This document shows, one piece after another, positions 1 to 10,579 of a stretch of 64,000 bases of DNA. A program made the position numbers and the translations under genes. Positions within the stretch are counted from its first letter, which is position 1; each line of letters begins with the position of its first letter. The stretch is taken from assembly GCF_018977255.1 (NCBI RefSeq), contig NW_024704743.1:106518001-106582000 (forward strand), read 5' to 3'. The notes beneath the pieces were generated by a model. The model was given only the letters and a program-made list of their open reading frames with translations, was not told the origin of the DNA and did not search any database. This DNA is from Callorhinchus milii. Lineage: Eukaryota.

Positions 1-3000
1 TCGCAATAACAAAAGTTGTTCTTCAAAACAATCTTAAAGCTGCAGTCCATTTGTGCTAACAATCTTTCAGTTTCATTAAAAAGTGATGTTTTGGTTTAGT
101 CATTTGCCAATTATTATGACTATATAATTTAAAATGAGCACAATTATACTTGAGCACAATTATATTTACCAGAACATAAGATATATGAAGTAAAGGAAGC
201 CACAATTGATCATGTGTAGGTATACCAAAAATCTAATCCATACAACAGATTTCATAACTATTGCTGTGATACAAACAAAAAGCTAGCCAACAGAATTTTC
301 ATAAATGTGACTTTCATAATCATAATATTTTCATAAATTAAGATTAATTGAGTTTGTTACACACTTGTGTAACTAGTTTTTTTTAAAGAGGTCTTTAAAC
401 AACATTGGTATGAAATGTTTCAATTTAATAAACTCTAATAAACAATTTAATAATTACAAAATACATTGAAGAAATCAAAAATGAATTTGTGTTTGTGAAA
501 TTTTTTAAGAATAAGTTCAAAAAACAAACCGGTTTGAGTTCATGATCTGTTTTCTAACAATGTTTTAACCATTGTCAGAAATCACAAATTTGACCTGAAG
601 TGTATAACCAATAATCATATGGATTCTATCAGAAGAGATGTTAAAGAAACATGTTGTGTATGTAAAACGTTTACCTAGGCAATGCATTTTTAAAAAGTAC
701 ACTTTATCCATGGCTTCTATAAGCTGGTTATGGACTATGTTTGCATTCCTCTACTCCAAAAAAAAACACTTATGAACGTAACTAAAGTAAATGGTATTAC
801 TGCTAAATTGAAGAGCAATATCTGTGGAAGTCAGCAGGTAGAAACATTGCAATTTTGTTTCGTTTAAAAAAAAAGTTTGCAGAATTTCACATCATCCCAT
901 ACCTCAAAGGAGTTGCATAAAGTGAATTTAGGCTTGGGTATCTTTAGTGCTTAGAAATTACATTTTCAATCAATTTTGAGAAGTATTAGCTAAAATTATT
1001 CCATTCAGTAACTTGAAGATATTTCAAACATACCAGGATCACCTATAAGAGTTTATGGTATACAAACCTAAAGTTAGAATATTAATACTAACTTAAGGTT
1101 ACAATTCTTAAAATATCATTATGCATCCTCTGTTCAATTAAAAATTGATTGAAATTAACAAGTGACAGGTACTGACAAAGAATGATACAATATCAATACT
1201 GGCATAAAACACAGTATACATTGTTACAATCCTTCAGATTGTGTCATCTGTGTAAACAAAAGATATATTTAAACACAAAACATAACATGTCCTGCTAAAC
1301 ATATATAACTAAAACATTTCTCATGTATCTCAACATCCCAATACAAGAAAGCTTTGAGTTCGTCCTGTACAAATGAGATGCAATACCAGAAACACTAGAA
1401 TAAATAACACTTCATAAAACGTTACTCGGTTACTCAATATGCATCGATAAACAATCCAACACAGCGAAGATCAGCTGAAAGAAACACGGATATCTATTCA
1501 TTCAAGTCCTGTCAACTTTTACAGCTTCCAATGCATTAGCCCATCCCTCATGTCACTATACCAATGGCTGGAGAAGCAGCGGCAACGGCTTTCTTATGGC
1601 GTTGACGTGATGTACGTCCATAGTAGTAATTATAATATTTAAACACGAATGCAACCAGACAACCAAAGATACGGTTGCAATTTTGGGAGTTCTTCTCTTT
1701 CCAGGAATAAAGGCAAATGGAGAAAAACAGCACTATTTGTCAGTTTCACGGTCTGAATAAAACATGGTCCTTTCTCTTTCCTCCTCTCTCTCTCTCTCTC
1801 TCCCCCCCCCCCCCCCACCCCCCGGTTTCCATGTCAGGAATGCAGTAGTATTTTACACAGAAAAAAAAAAGGAATTGACAATTTGCGCCAGCAAAGCAAA
1901 GAGAGAAAAAGTTACGATTTCAGAGAAGCAAACGCTGGAGGTTCTCTCTGGAACACGATTCGACCGTCTTGGAAACGTGCAACACTGCCGCAATTAGTTT
2001 AATTCACGAGGAACCCTCTTTCGAAACGAATGTTGCGCCACAAACTTTCCCCACAACAATATTATTATCCACTTGCTTTCACGTCGCGATTTGTTTTTCG
2101 AGTCGTTCATAATTAAAGAACGCAAATCAAACTGCACTCCCCCTCCCAAGTCTAACCTCGCATTTCAAAACTATACCGATTCCAAGCTGTGTCTGATCAG
2201 AATAATCGGATCAGTTTCTATGTTTTGCTCCTCTACAAACAGACATTATTTTTGGGGGGAATCGTCCTCCAATATCGTTTCTATTGACACACCACTGAAC
2301 GTCTGAGAAAAAAAATACATTATTTCCAGTTAAGATGAATACTACAGGTCCGGGGTGGGTGGGGGGGGGGGGGGGGAGTTTTATTTTGTTCTCTCCCACG
2401 ACTGTCATTAAATCGATCAACATATTCAATGCTTAAAAGGTCAATAAAGAAACGTATTTTCATTCCTACAACCTCTTCCCTCCCTCCACACACCGTGGAT
2501 GCATGTTGTTTGTGAAAAGCTGCTCCCTCACTTGATCCTTCAGATCACATATACAGCAATTCCAATAGCATTTTTAAACATCTCAGTCACAGACAAAAAA
2601 AAAACTTTTGAAAGCCTCTTTTTTTTCTGGGGGGGGGGGGGCGGGGGTGAAAAACACCTTAGAATCAATCCCTTAACTCGTTTGGGGTTATAAGTGAAAG
2701 GAAAGTCGGTTTCTGCTCCTGTTTACTGCACCGATCGTTCACATTCAAACGAGTGACAAGAATATTTTCAAGAGACCGAACCAACAAAAAAAACAACTTC
2801 GGGAAATAAAATGTCACTCCTTGAGGGGGGGAAAAAAAAGGGGGAAAAAAAAAAGGGTTTCACTTGAAAAAAGTAAAAACCAGTTTTAAAAGGCTCTCTC
2901 AGTCCTGTTGCAGGTTTTGACAGAAGCTGATCCCCAAGTTTCTCTTTCTCTCTCCGAGTGCTGTTTTGTCCCTAATAACCACAGTGAGGTTTTTTTTTTT

Positions 3001-3678
3001 GGAGGAGGAGGAGGAGGAGGAGGGGGTTGTTTTTTTGGTTTTCTTTAAAACACAAAAAAATTGAAGAAAAAATCCCCTTCGCCGCCGCCACCACCGCCAC
3101 CCAAACCCCCCCCTCCCACCCCCCAGCACATCTTCAAATAAAAGAAAAAAAAAGTACATGCTACAGACAGACAGACAGACAGACAGAGAGCATAAAAAGA
3201 AAGGACCACCACCCAACCCCCTTCGTAAAAAAAAATAAAAAATTTTGATATCAACTTCTGCAACGGCACCAAAAAAAAAACAAAAAAAAAACCAAACCAC
3301 CCCAAAGAAAGTTTCCAGCGTTGAGTTTGAATCTAGTTTTTTCCTCTGTGGGGTGGGGAGTGGGTGGTGGTGGTGGTGGGGTTGGGGGGGGAGGAAAGAG
3401 TTGTGTCCCTGATTCTCCTTTTCCCTCGTTTTGTTGCTTCTTCTTTCTCTCCCCCTCTCAAATCTCCCTCAGACTCCGAGACACAAACAGGAGGAGGAGG
3501 AGGAGGAGGAGAGGAGAGGGAGGCACAAACTTTTCCCCCTCTCTCTCTCTCTCTCTCTCCCTCTCTCGCTCACTCAAGTCACTCACACACACACACACAC
3601 ACACAACATGATTTAAATAACCCCGATAATCTATTTCAAAGAGGGCTGAACACCTGGAGAAATTAAACGGAAACTCAC

Positions 3679-3850
3679 CGCGGGACATTCAACATCTCCC
3701 TCCCGTGTTTTTTTCCGGCTTTAAGCAATTTTTCGATTTTTTAATATTTTTTTTCTCATATTTTTGTTTCACCGCGGGCCTAAAAATTGTTTGCTTTAGC
3801 CTCCATCCAGCGGCCATTGTATACGCGCTGCTTCTCCACCTAACCTGCTG
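3679..3850 (-). other. PLAG1: PLAG1 first (5'UTR) exon; intron 1 extends to the left edge of the window
   Basis: Minus strand reads ACAATGGCCGCTGGA...AAATATGAGAAAAAAA...GGGAGGGAGATGTTGAATGTCCCGCG|GTGAGT, with a canonical donor at 3678-3673. This resembles the human PLAG1 exon 1 as I recall it, and it is head-to-head with CHCHD7 as in other vertebrates. The TSS is approximate. No PLAG1 coding exon is in the window. Confidence 0.75.
3689..3817 (-). CDS. Putative uORF in PLAG1 exon 1 (42 aa, MAAGWRLKQTIFRPAVKQKYEKKNIKKSKNCLKPEKNTGGRC)
   Basis: ATG at 3817 in strong Kozak context (ACAATGG). TGA at 3691-3689, 10 nt before the donor. Translation is unproven. Confidence 0.45.
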   Translation of the reverse strand: MAAGWRLKQTIFRPAVKQKYEKKNIKKSKNCLKPEKNTGGRC

Positions 3851-4090
3851 CCGGACGTCCCGCCCTCCACGGCCCCCGGCTCGCCCGGCCATTGGACGAC
3901 AGGCGGCCCCGGGGGCGGAGCTCCTGGCTCCGGCCCCGAGAACTCGCCCTTCGATTGGTCCGCGCTGCTGTCCGTCAACGTCACTCAAGGCTTCCGCCAG
4001 CACGTTAGGTTTTGCCACTATAATAGCGCGAGCCGAGCGAGCGCGCCGGGATTGTGACGTCGCCGGCGGCTGTGTGCGCTCGTCTCGGAG
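3850..4090. promoter_or_regulatory. Bidirectional CpG-island promoter of PLAG1/CHCHD7
   Basis: CpG-rich segment with ATTGG (CCAAT) boxes at 3891 and 3954, GC box GGGGGCGGAG at 3911, and CRE-like ACGTCA at 3978 and TGACGTCG at 4055. It lies between divergent genes. Confidence 0.7.
4060..4090 (+). other. CHCHD7: Possible non-coding exon 1 of CHCHD7
   Basis: End of the CpG island, with a weak donor GAG|GTAGAG at 4091. The first coding exon (7635) has an acceptor, so an upstream exon is required. Position is inferred. Confidence 0.35.
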
Positions 4091-4106
4091 GTAGAGGGGC
4101 AACAGA

Positions 4107-5090
4107 GGACAAAGGGGACAGCGGGTAACACAGGGCAGTGCAGGGCAGCGGGTAACACAGGGCAGTGCAGGGCAACACAGGGCAGGGCAGCGCAGGGCAA
4201 CACAGGGCAGTGCAGGGTAGCGGGTAACACAGGGCAGCGCAGGGCAACACAGGGCAGCGGGCAACACAGTGCAGTGCAGCACAGGGCAACACAGGGCAGC
4301 GGGTAACACAGGGCAGTGCAGGGCAGCACAGGGCAACACAGGGCAGCGGGTAACACAGGGCAGCGGGTAACAGGGCAGCGGGTAACACAGGGCAGTGCCG
4401 GGCAACACAGGGCAGCGAGTAACACAGGGCAGTGCAGGGCAACACAGGGCAGCGGGCAACACAGTGCAGGGCAGCACAGGGGGTAACACAGGGCAGTGCA
4501 GGGCAACACAGGGCAGCGGGTAACACAGGGCAGCGGGTAACACGGCAGTGCAGGGCAACACAGGGCAGGGCAGCGGGCAACACAGGGCAGCGGGTAACAC
4601 AGGGCAGCGCAGGGCAACGCAGGGCAGGGTAACACAGGGCAGTGTAGGGCAGCACAGGGCAGGGCAGGGCAATGCAGAGCAGCGGGCAGCACAGGGCAGC
4701 GGGCAGCACAGGGCAATACAGGGCAGCGGGCAACACAGGGCAGCGGGCAACACAGGGCAGGGCAACACAGGGCAGCGGGCAACACAGGGCAGGGCAACAC
4801 AGGGCAACACAAGGCAGCGAGCAACACAGGGCAGCGGGCAACACAGGGCAGGGCAACACAGGGCAGCGGGAAACACAGGGCAGGCCAACGCAGGGCAACA
4901 GGTAATACAGGGCAGCGGGCCACACGGCAGGGCAACACAGGGCAGCGGGCAACACGGGGCAGCGGGCAACACGGGGCAGCGGGCAACACGGGGCAGCGGG
5001 CAACATGGGAGCAGGCAACACGATGCAGGGCAACATGGGGCACGGGCATCACGGGGCAGGGGCAACACAGGGCAAGGGCAACACAGCAAC
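4107..5090 (+). repeat. G-rich compound satellite (GGGCAGCGGGTAACACA / GGGCAACACA / GGGCAGTGCA units)
   Basis: About 1 kb of directly visible tandem 5-17 bp units. Confidence 0.95.
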
Positions 5091-5237
5091 AACAACAACA
5101 AAATTACATCTACTTTCACGTCGGGAGGACATCCCAACACAGGGCAAGGGCAACACGGGGCAGGGGCAACAGTGGACAGTGCAACGGAGCGCATAACAGT
5201 AGTCGAAGGGCAGGACACAGGGTGCAGCAATACAATA

Positions 5238-6237
5238 CAAAATTACATTTGTATAGCGCCTTTCATGTCAGGAGAACATCCCAAGTTGCTGGACCGTCAA
5301 GACCTGAGCGGGAGGTAGGGATTGGGCTAAGGGAGGGTGGATGGTAGCTGAAGGCACGGTCAAAGAGGTGGGTTTGAGATGTGCCTTGAAGGAGGCAAGG
5401 GAGGGAGCGAGGTAAGGGGACTGCGGGACGGAGTTCCAAAGGACGGAAGACGGAGAGACTGAAGGATTTTGAACTCTTATCGTTTGAGGGATGGGGAGCC
5501 GGTAGAGCCGGGCGAGAGAGGCTGATGGGGTCACGGAGCCTGGTGCAGGAGAGGACACGAGCTGCAGAGTTCTGGACGATCTGCAGCTTGTAGAGGGAGG
5601 AGTTGGGAAGGCCGTCAAGCAGGGAGTTGGCTTGGTCGAGCCTAGATGTGATGAATGTGTGAATGAGGGTTTTGGTGGCTTGAGGGGTGAGGCAATGGCG
5701 GAACTGGGTGATGTTGTGGAGGTGGGGGAAGGCAGAGCGGGTCATGGCACAGATGGAAGGGAGAAAGGATCGTTGAGGGTCAAACAATAATAATAATAAT
5801 AATCCTTGCATTTGATATAGTGCTTTTCACGTCGGGAGGACGTCCCAAAGCGCTTCACAGAACACACTGTCAAGTGAATTGACTGTATATCTGTGGGCGA
5901 ACGCGGCAGCCAACTGCGCACAGCAATGTCCCACAAACAGTCGTGGAATAAAAATGACCAATTTATTATTGTTTTTTGTTTTGGAGGGATTATTATTAGG
6001 CGTGTGGAGTAAGGAAACTTGCCAAGGTTTCGCCCTGCCTGGAATTGAACTCAGGTCTCTCGCTTGCAAAGCGAGTGCTCTAACCACTGAGCTACAGTGC
6101 TCTAACACTGAGACCTAGATTCTGGACTGGCTCAGTTAGGCGGAGTGTGCATCCTTGGATGGTGATGCTGCCAGTGCCTGAGATGTGGAGATCCTGACAG
6201 GAGCTAATCAGGAGAGCCTCAGTCTTGTTAGCCTGAG
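5238..6237 (-). mobile_element. L2 LINE 3' fragment, interrupted by a SINE
   Basis: ORF 5263-5811 resembles the L2 ORF2 C-terminus ([30 protein letters not shown]). L2 sequence resumes after the SINE at about 6105. Confidence 0.85.
5787..6097 (-). mobile_element. tRNA-Ala-headed Deu-domain SINE (short subfamily)
   Basis: tRNA-like head with A/B boxes, Deu-like core TGTGGGACATTGCTGTGCGCAGTTGGCTGCCGCG, L2-like stem-loop tail and (TTA)n. Confidence 0.9.
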
Positions 6238-6309
6238 AATAGAGGGTATAGCATATTACAGAGGGCACACAATACAGCACGGAAGGTACAGCACATTGGG
6301 TACTATATA

Positions 6310-6735
6310 CAAACAAAAACAAACTTACATTTGTATAGCGCCTTCCACGTCGGAAGAACGCCCAAGGTGCTGGACAATCAGTGTTTCGGACTGGAGATCG
6401 GAGGGAGTTGGGGTCAGGGAGGGAAGGAGGGTGTTTGAAGACACGGTCGAAGAGGGTCTTGAGATGGGTTTTGAAGGAGGCAAGGGAGGCGACGAGGCGT
6501 AAGGACTGTGGGATGGAGTTCCAGAGGGTGGGGGCAGAGTGGCTGAAAGCCTGCCCGCTAATGGTGGGATAGGCGAGGCAGGGGACATGAAGCAGACTGG
6601 AGCCCGCTGAGTGGTGGGAATTTGCAGGTTGGTAGCGTGTTAGGAGATCACAGAGGTAGAGGAGAGCAAGGCCATGGTGAGCTTTGAAAGTGAGGCCCAG
6701 AATCTTGAACTGTGCCAAGAGGATGGAGCAATAGG
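6310..6735 (-). mobile_element. L2 LINE 3' fragment
   Basis: Translation FKILGLTFKAHHGLA..APTLWNSIP..SFKTHLKTLF, plus an L2 tail. Confidence 0.8.
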
Positions 6736-7658
6736 GGATACAGCACAGCATAAGGAGTAGATCATACTACAGAGTGCATAGTATAGAGAATACAGTATAG
6801 CAGACACAGCACAAACGGTAAACGATACAGTTTTGCACAACACAAGAGTAAAGCAAAGGAGTGCACAGCACAGAGAGAGTACATTATAAAGAAGGCATAG
6901 CACATCATAAAGAGTATAGCTAGTCCAACATAGTATGGAGAGCACAGTACAGATAGAGTACAGTATAGGGAGCACAGAACGGGATAAAATACAGTACAGA
7001 GTGCACAGCAATAGGAACATCTGCATTGCGCTCAGTGTGGGGGGAGCATTCGGATACAGATCTCCTGTGCCTCACTGTTACCAGAATCTAGATACAGAGC
7101 TATTATGTCTCACTATTACCGGAGTCCACACACTGTGCTTCTGTGCCTCAAAAATGCTTTCTTATTAATGTAAACATCTAATTATTGGTATTCACACTTA
7201 CACCCAGTATGTTTTATAGCTCAAAAATAATAGTTGCACATATATATATTGTAATTGTTTGATTCTTGATACTCCCTGGAGTCATTAGTACTCTTAAAAT
7301 AAAAATAAAATATATTTATATACTTGAGCTAACGTTTTGGGAATAAAATGATTACTGATTTTAATTAGGAGCGTTGTGTCTGGACTCCAATAACATTGAA
7401 ACACAGGAGCTCTGTGTCTGGACTGAAGTAGCAGTGAGACAAGGGAGCCCTCAGATGCTGTCTGGGTGCTATATAAATGCAATTATTAATTTTGCTGCCC
7501 TGCAATGCTACCAAGGATCAGGAGACATTGTTGTCAATGGTGCTTTTCTTAGTGCTTTATTTAGCTTCCATAAACTGTTGTATGTATCACCATAAACTGT
7601 TTTACCTGTATGATGTTGTCTGTTGATATTTCAGATTACTGTAAAGACATACATGAGA

Positions 7659-7712
7659 ATGTCTAGAAGTGCCCAAAAGTTAAGAGATGAAGACATTAAC
7701 CCTTGTCTGAAG
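7659..7712 (+). CDS. CHCHD7: CHCHD7 coding exon 1 (MSRSAQKLRDEDINPCLK)
   Basis: Acceptor tttcag at 7634, ATG at 7659 (a second in-frame ATG at 7653), donor AAG|GTTGG at 7713. Matches the CHCHD7/COX23 N-terminus LRD.DINPCL. Confidence 0.9.
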
Positions 7713-7794
7713 GTTGGAAGCCTCATTAAAATCGATAGTCTTTTATTTACAAAATGTTAACTGGAGTAAATAAAAGTGTTTATTTTATTTTAAG

Positions 7795-7893
7795 GAGACT
7801 GATGGTTCCAAAAAGTGCCTGGAAGCAAACAATTACAATAGGGATTTGTGCACCTATCATTTTCTGAGGTATAAAATGTGCAGAAAATTCTGG
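7795..7893 (+). CDS. CHCHD7: CHCHD7 coding exon 2 (ETDGSKKCLEANNYNRDLCTYHFLRYKMCRKFW)
   Basis: Acceptor ttttaag, donor TGG|GTAAGT, phase 0. Completes the twin CX9C motif. Confidence 0.93.
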
Positions 7894-8257
7894 GTAAGTA
7901 TGAATAATAATGAGAAAAAGTTACATTAATACAAAAGCCTTGTTTTGGCCAGCTGGGTATCACATATGTTTGCCACCTATGCATGAAAATTTCCCTGTGT
8001 CTGCAATGGAATATACACTCTCCCCAGAGGGATGCATCCTATTTCCCTAATTCTGAAGAGTATTAAATGAAGGTTGGTAAGAACCAAGCCTTGGGGATCC
8101 GAGAGTGTGCATTGGAGTTTAACCGGCTATCCTTCTGCATTGGCATACCAAAAGTGATGTTCTGGATTTATTTTTCTGTTGCTTTTAAAATGTTACATAC
8201 TTCTAGAAGATCCACATCTGAACTGTCTTTTTTTCAAGGCCCTGGTTCATCTAAAAT

Positions 8258-8470
8258 TAAAACAGAAGTCGCTGGGAATTCTTAGCAAGTCAAGCAGCAT
8301 CTATGGAGAGAGGCTAGTGAGTTAACGTTTCAGGTCGATGACCTTTGGTCGGAACGTTTTAGGTCATCACTTTCCTCTCTCCATAGATGCTGCCTGATCT
8401 GCTGAGTGTTTCCAGCGAGATTTCTGTTTTTATTTCAGATTTCCAGCACCTGCAGTATTTCCCTTTTGCT
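8258..8470. mobile_element. Hairpin (inverted-repeat) Penelope-like pLTR remnant
   Basis: AAACAGAAGTCGCTGG..GCAGCATCTATGGAGAGAGG is the inverse of CCTCTCTCCATAGATGCTGC..CCAGCGAGATTTCTGTTT. A related half copy lies at 17805-17898. The family assignment is an inference. Confidence 0.55.
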
Positions 8471-8719
8471 CTGGTTGCTCTTTATAGCTAATCTTAAATG
8501 GCAGAGATCAGTCTTGATCTTCTCTACACTACCTCGGGCAGTCCCCTGATGTTATGACAAAAGACTGTATGCAGTACTTCAGATACTGCTCAATCACAGC
8601 ATGTGTGTAACCTACTAAGCCCTCCTCATATATTTTTAATAGTGCCTTTCACATTGGGAATACATCTCAAAGTATTTCATAGGATATACTGTAAAGTGCA
8701 ATGTCTATGTGCTTTGTAT

Positions 8720-8980
8720 TACCACAGCTAATTTGTGCCCAGCAATGTCCCACAAACAGCCATAAAGTTAATGACCAATTTTAAGTGGGAGTTGTTAACC
8801 AGAACACTGGGGTAAATGTTTTTCAAATAGTGTCATGGGATATTCAATGTCCATCTAAATAGGCAGACAGAACCTCTGTTTAAAGTCTCGGTCAAAGCAT
8901 GACAGCTCCAACAATGCACTGGAACTGAACTGCACTGGAGTGTCAGCCTAAACTATGAGTTGCCAGTCCTGATGCGGGGC
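8720..8980 (-). mobile_element. Old DeuSINE (SacSINE1/AmnSINE1-like) fragment
   Basis: Similar to the copies at 15330-15710 and 61660-62110; contains the Deu core CAGCAATGTCCCACAAACAGC. Confidence 0.6.
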
Positions 8981-9067
8981 CTTGCAATGCATCTCAAACA
9001 TATAATTTAGCAGTGCATGTCAGAATATGCAGGAATTAAGTTTTGTTACTTTTTTTCCTTCATAAAG

Positions 9068-9172
9068 AACAACATAATGATTGAAAGACGAAAAAATGGC
9101 ATTATCCCTAATATGCCAACAGCAGAGGAAAGAAGAACAATTTTGGAAGAATACAAAGCGATACCCTACTAA
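9068..9172 (+). CDS. CHCHD7: CHCHD7 last coding exon (NNIMIERRKNGIIPNMPTAEERRTILEEYKAIPY*)
   Basis: Polypyrimidine tract plus AAG acceptor at 9067, TAA at 9170-9172. RRKNG..P.MPTA.ER..IL...PY motif. Total 85 aa. AATAAA at 9344. Confidence 0.93.
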   Translation, partial: NNIMIERRKNGIIPNMPTAEERRTILEEYKAIPY

Positions 9173-9699
9173 TGATGACTCTGAATATGTAATTCAACAA
9201 TATTAAAACAGTTGATGTTTTATCTTTTGAACAAATTTGTATATAATTTTATATACTTGGAATAATAACTTTTAATATAAGAAATATGCCAATACTGTGA
9301 TTAAACTGTTCAGTGACTTCACAAATGTGGGCCACTGAATGAAAATAAAAAAGCCCATGAATGTCTGTGAACATTGATTTGAGATGAGTACAACACAATC
9401 TGAAGGGGGAAAAATTGTGTTGAAATGCAAGCTGCAATCTTCACGGTGATGGTTTAAAAGAGATGATGAGGCTCCATTCGCATTTTATGCACCATTTGTT
9501 CCTAAATGATTTGGTTATAAGATAGATACAGTGGATGAATCATTTATTTCCCACTGATTAAATATGTGCTCCAGGAAACTTTTCACCAATTCGTGTTTAG
9601 TACTGCATTACTAAATGCAAGGATTATTATTTCAACTGAATAAAAAAGCCAATACAATGTGGAAGATAATACAAATTTTAGCATAGAAAGCACCATTCG

Positions 9700-9925
9700 G
9701 GGTGAAGCCTTCGGTAAATTTCCTTACTCCACACACCTCTGTTTACCCAGCAGTAAGTAGGAACCCAGTTGTTGGTCAATTGGTGGATTGCTTATCCGGG
9801 GGTAATAATTCCTTTAAAATAAATAAATAAAATAATAATTTGCCCGCTCAATCCACGATTGTTTGTGGGACACTGCTGTGTGCAATTGGCTGTCACGTTT
9901 TTCCCACAAAATACACAGTCCACTT
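9700..9925 (+). mobile_element. tRNA-Ala/Deu SINE fragment (long subfamily)
   Basis: Matches the internal part of the SINE copies at 24144 and 29284. Confidence 0.75.
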
Positions 9926-10579
9926 TTCAATATATTTCATCAGCAGCCCATGAGTTTCATGCCTTGTAAAACTAAACTTTTCTAAATGTAAGATTTGAAC
10001 CATTTTGTGCAAATACAATTTAATTAATCAACTGCTGAAAACAATCAAGTTTTTTTCTTCTATGTTTAGATGGAAACCATTCAGTGCTGTCATGATGAAG
10101 TACAGTGCCATCCTATTTATCATCATAATTTACTCAGTATGTCCTTCACAATTTATCAAATACATGCATATTTAGGACATGAGTACTATACATAGCTGGG
10201 GGGAAAAAAAACAGCTATTTTAACTTTTAGAGAGTGTCAGCAAAGCCGCACAATTTCTTAGCACCTGAAATGGCTGTGCTGTTTTCACACATTGCATTAA
10301 TTGTTGCATTAAGATAACTTCCCTCTCTCCTCATTCACTGCTTGTGTATTTTTACACCGACTCAAGCTCAGAACAGACAGTTTGCATTCAACTACAGACG
10401 ATGGGTTAAATGGACCTTCTGTGCCGCATCTATCTGGTTCTAGTTAGAGATGAGATGGAGTCAGATTGTATCATATTCAAGAAGGAGATGGATAGTTATT
10501 AGGAAAATAAATAGGTTGAGGGATGTGAGAGAACAATGTCATTTTAATTCTGATCCTGACCATATCGATTAAAATAAAA

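Noticed and set aside
1..1430. PLAG1 coding exons
   Set aside because: No zinc-finger or PLAG1-like coding sequence is seen; the coding part must lie beyond the left edge of the window.
2300..3620. Multiple 60-130 aa ORFs with poly-G/P/E/K tracts
   Set aside because: Low-complexity homopolymer and microsatellite sequence in PLAG1 intron 1.
3689..5318. Long Cys/Pro-rich (513, 343, 344 aa) and Gly/Gln-rich ORFs resembling keratin-associated or metallothionein-like proteins
   Set aside because: They are translations of a stop-poor G-rich satellite, open in several frames on both strands, and they run across the promoter. Only the last 42 codons are retained, as a uORF candidate.
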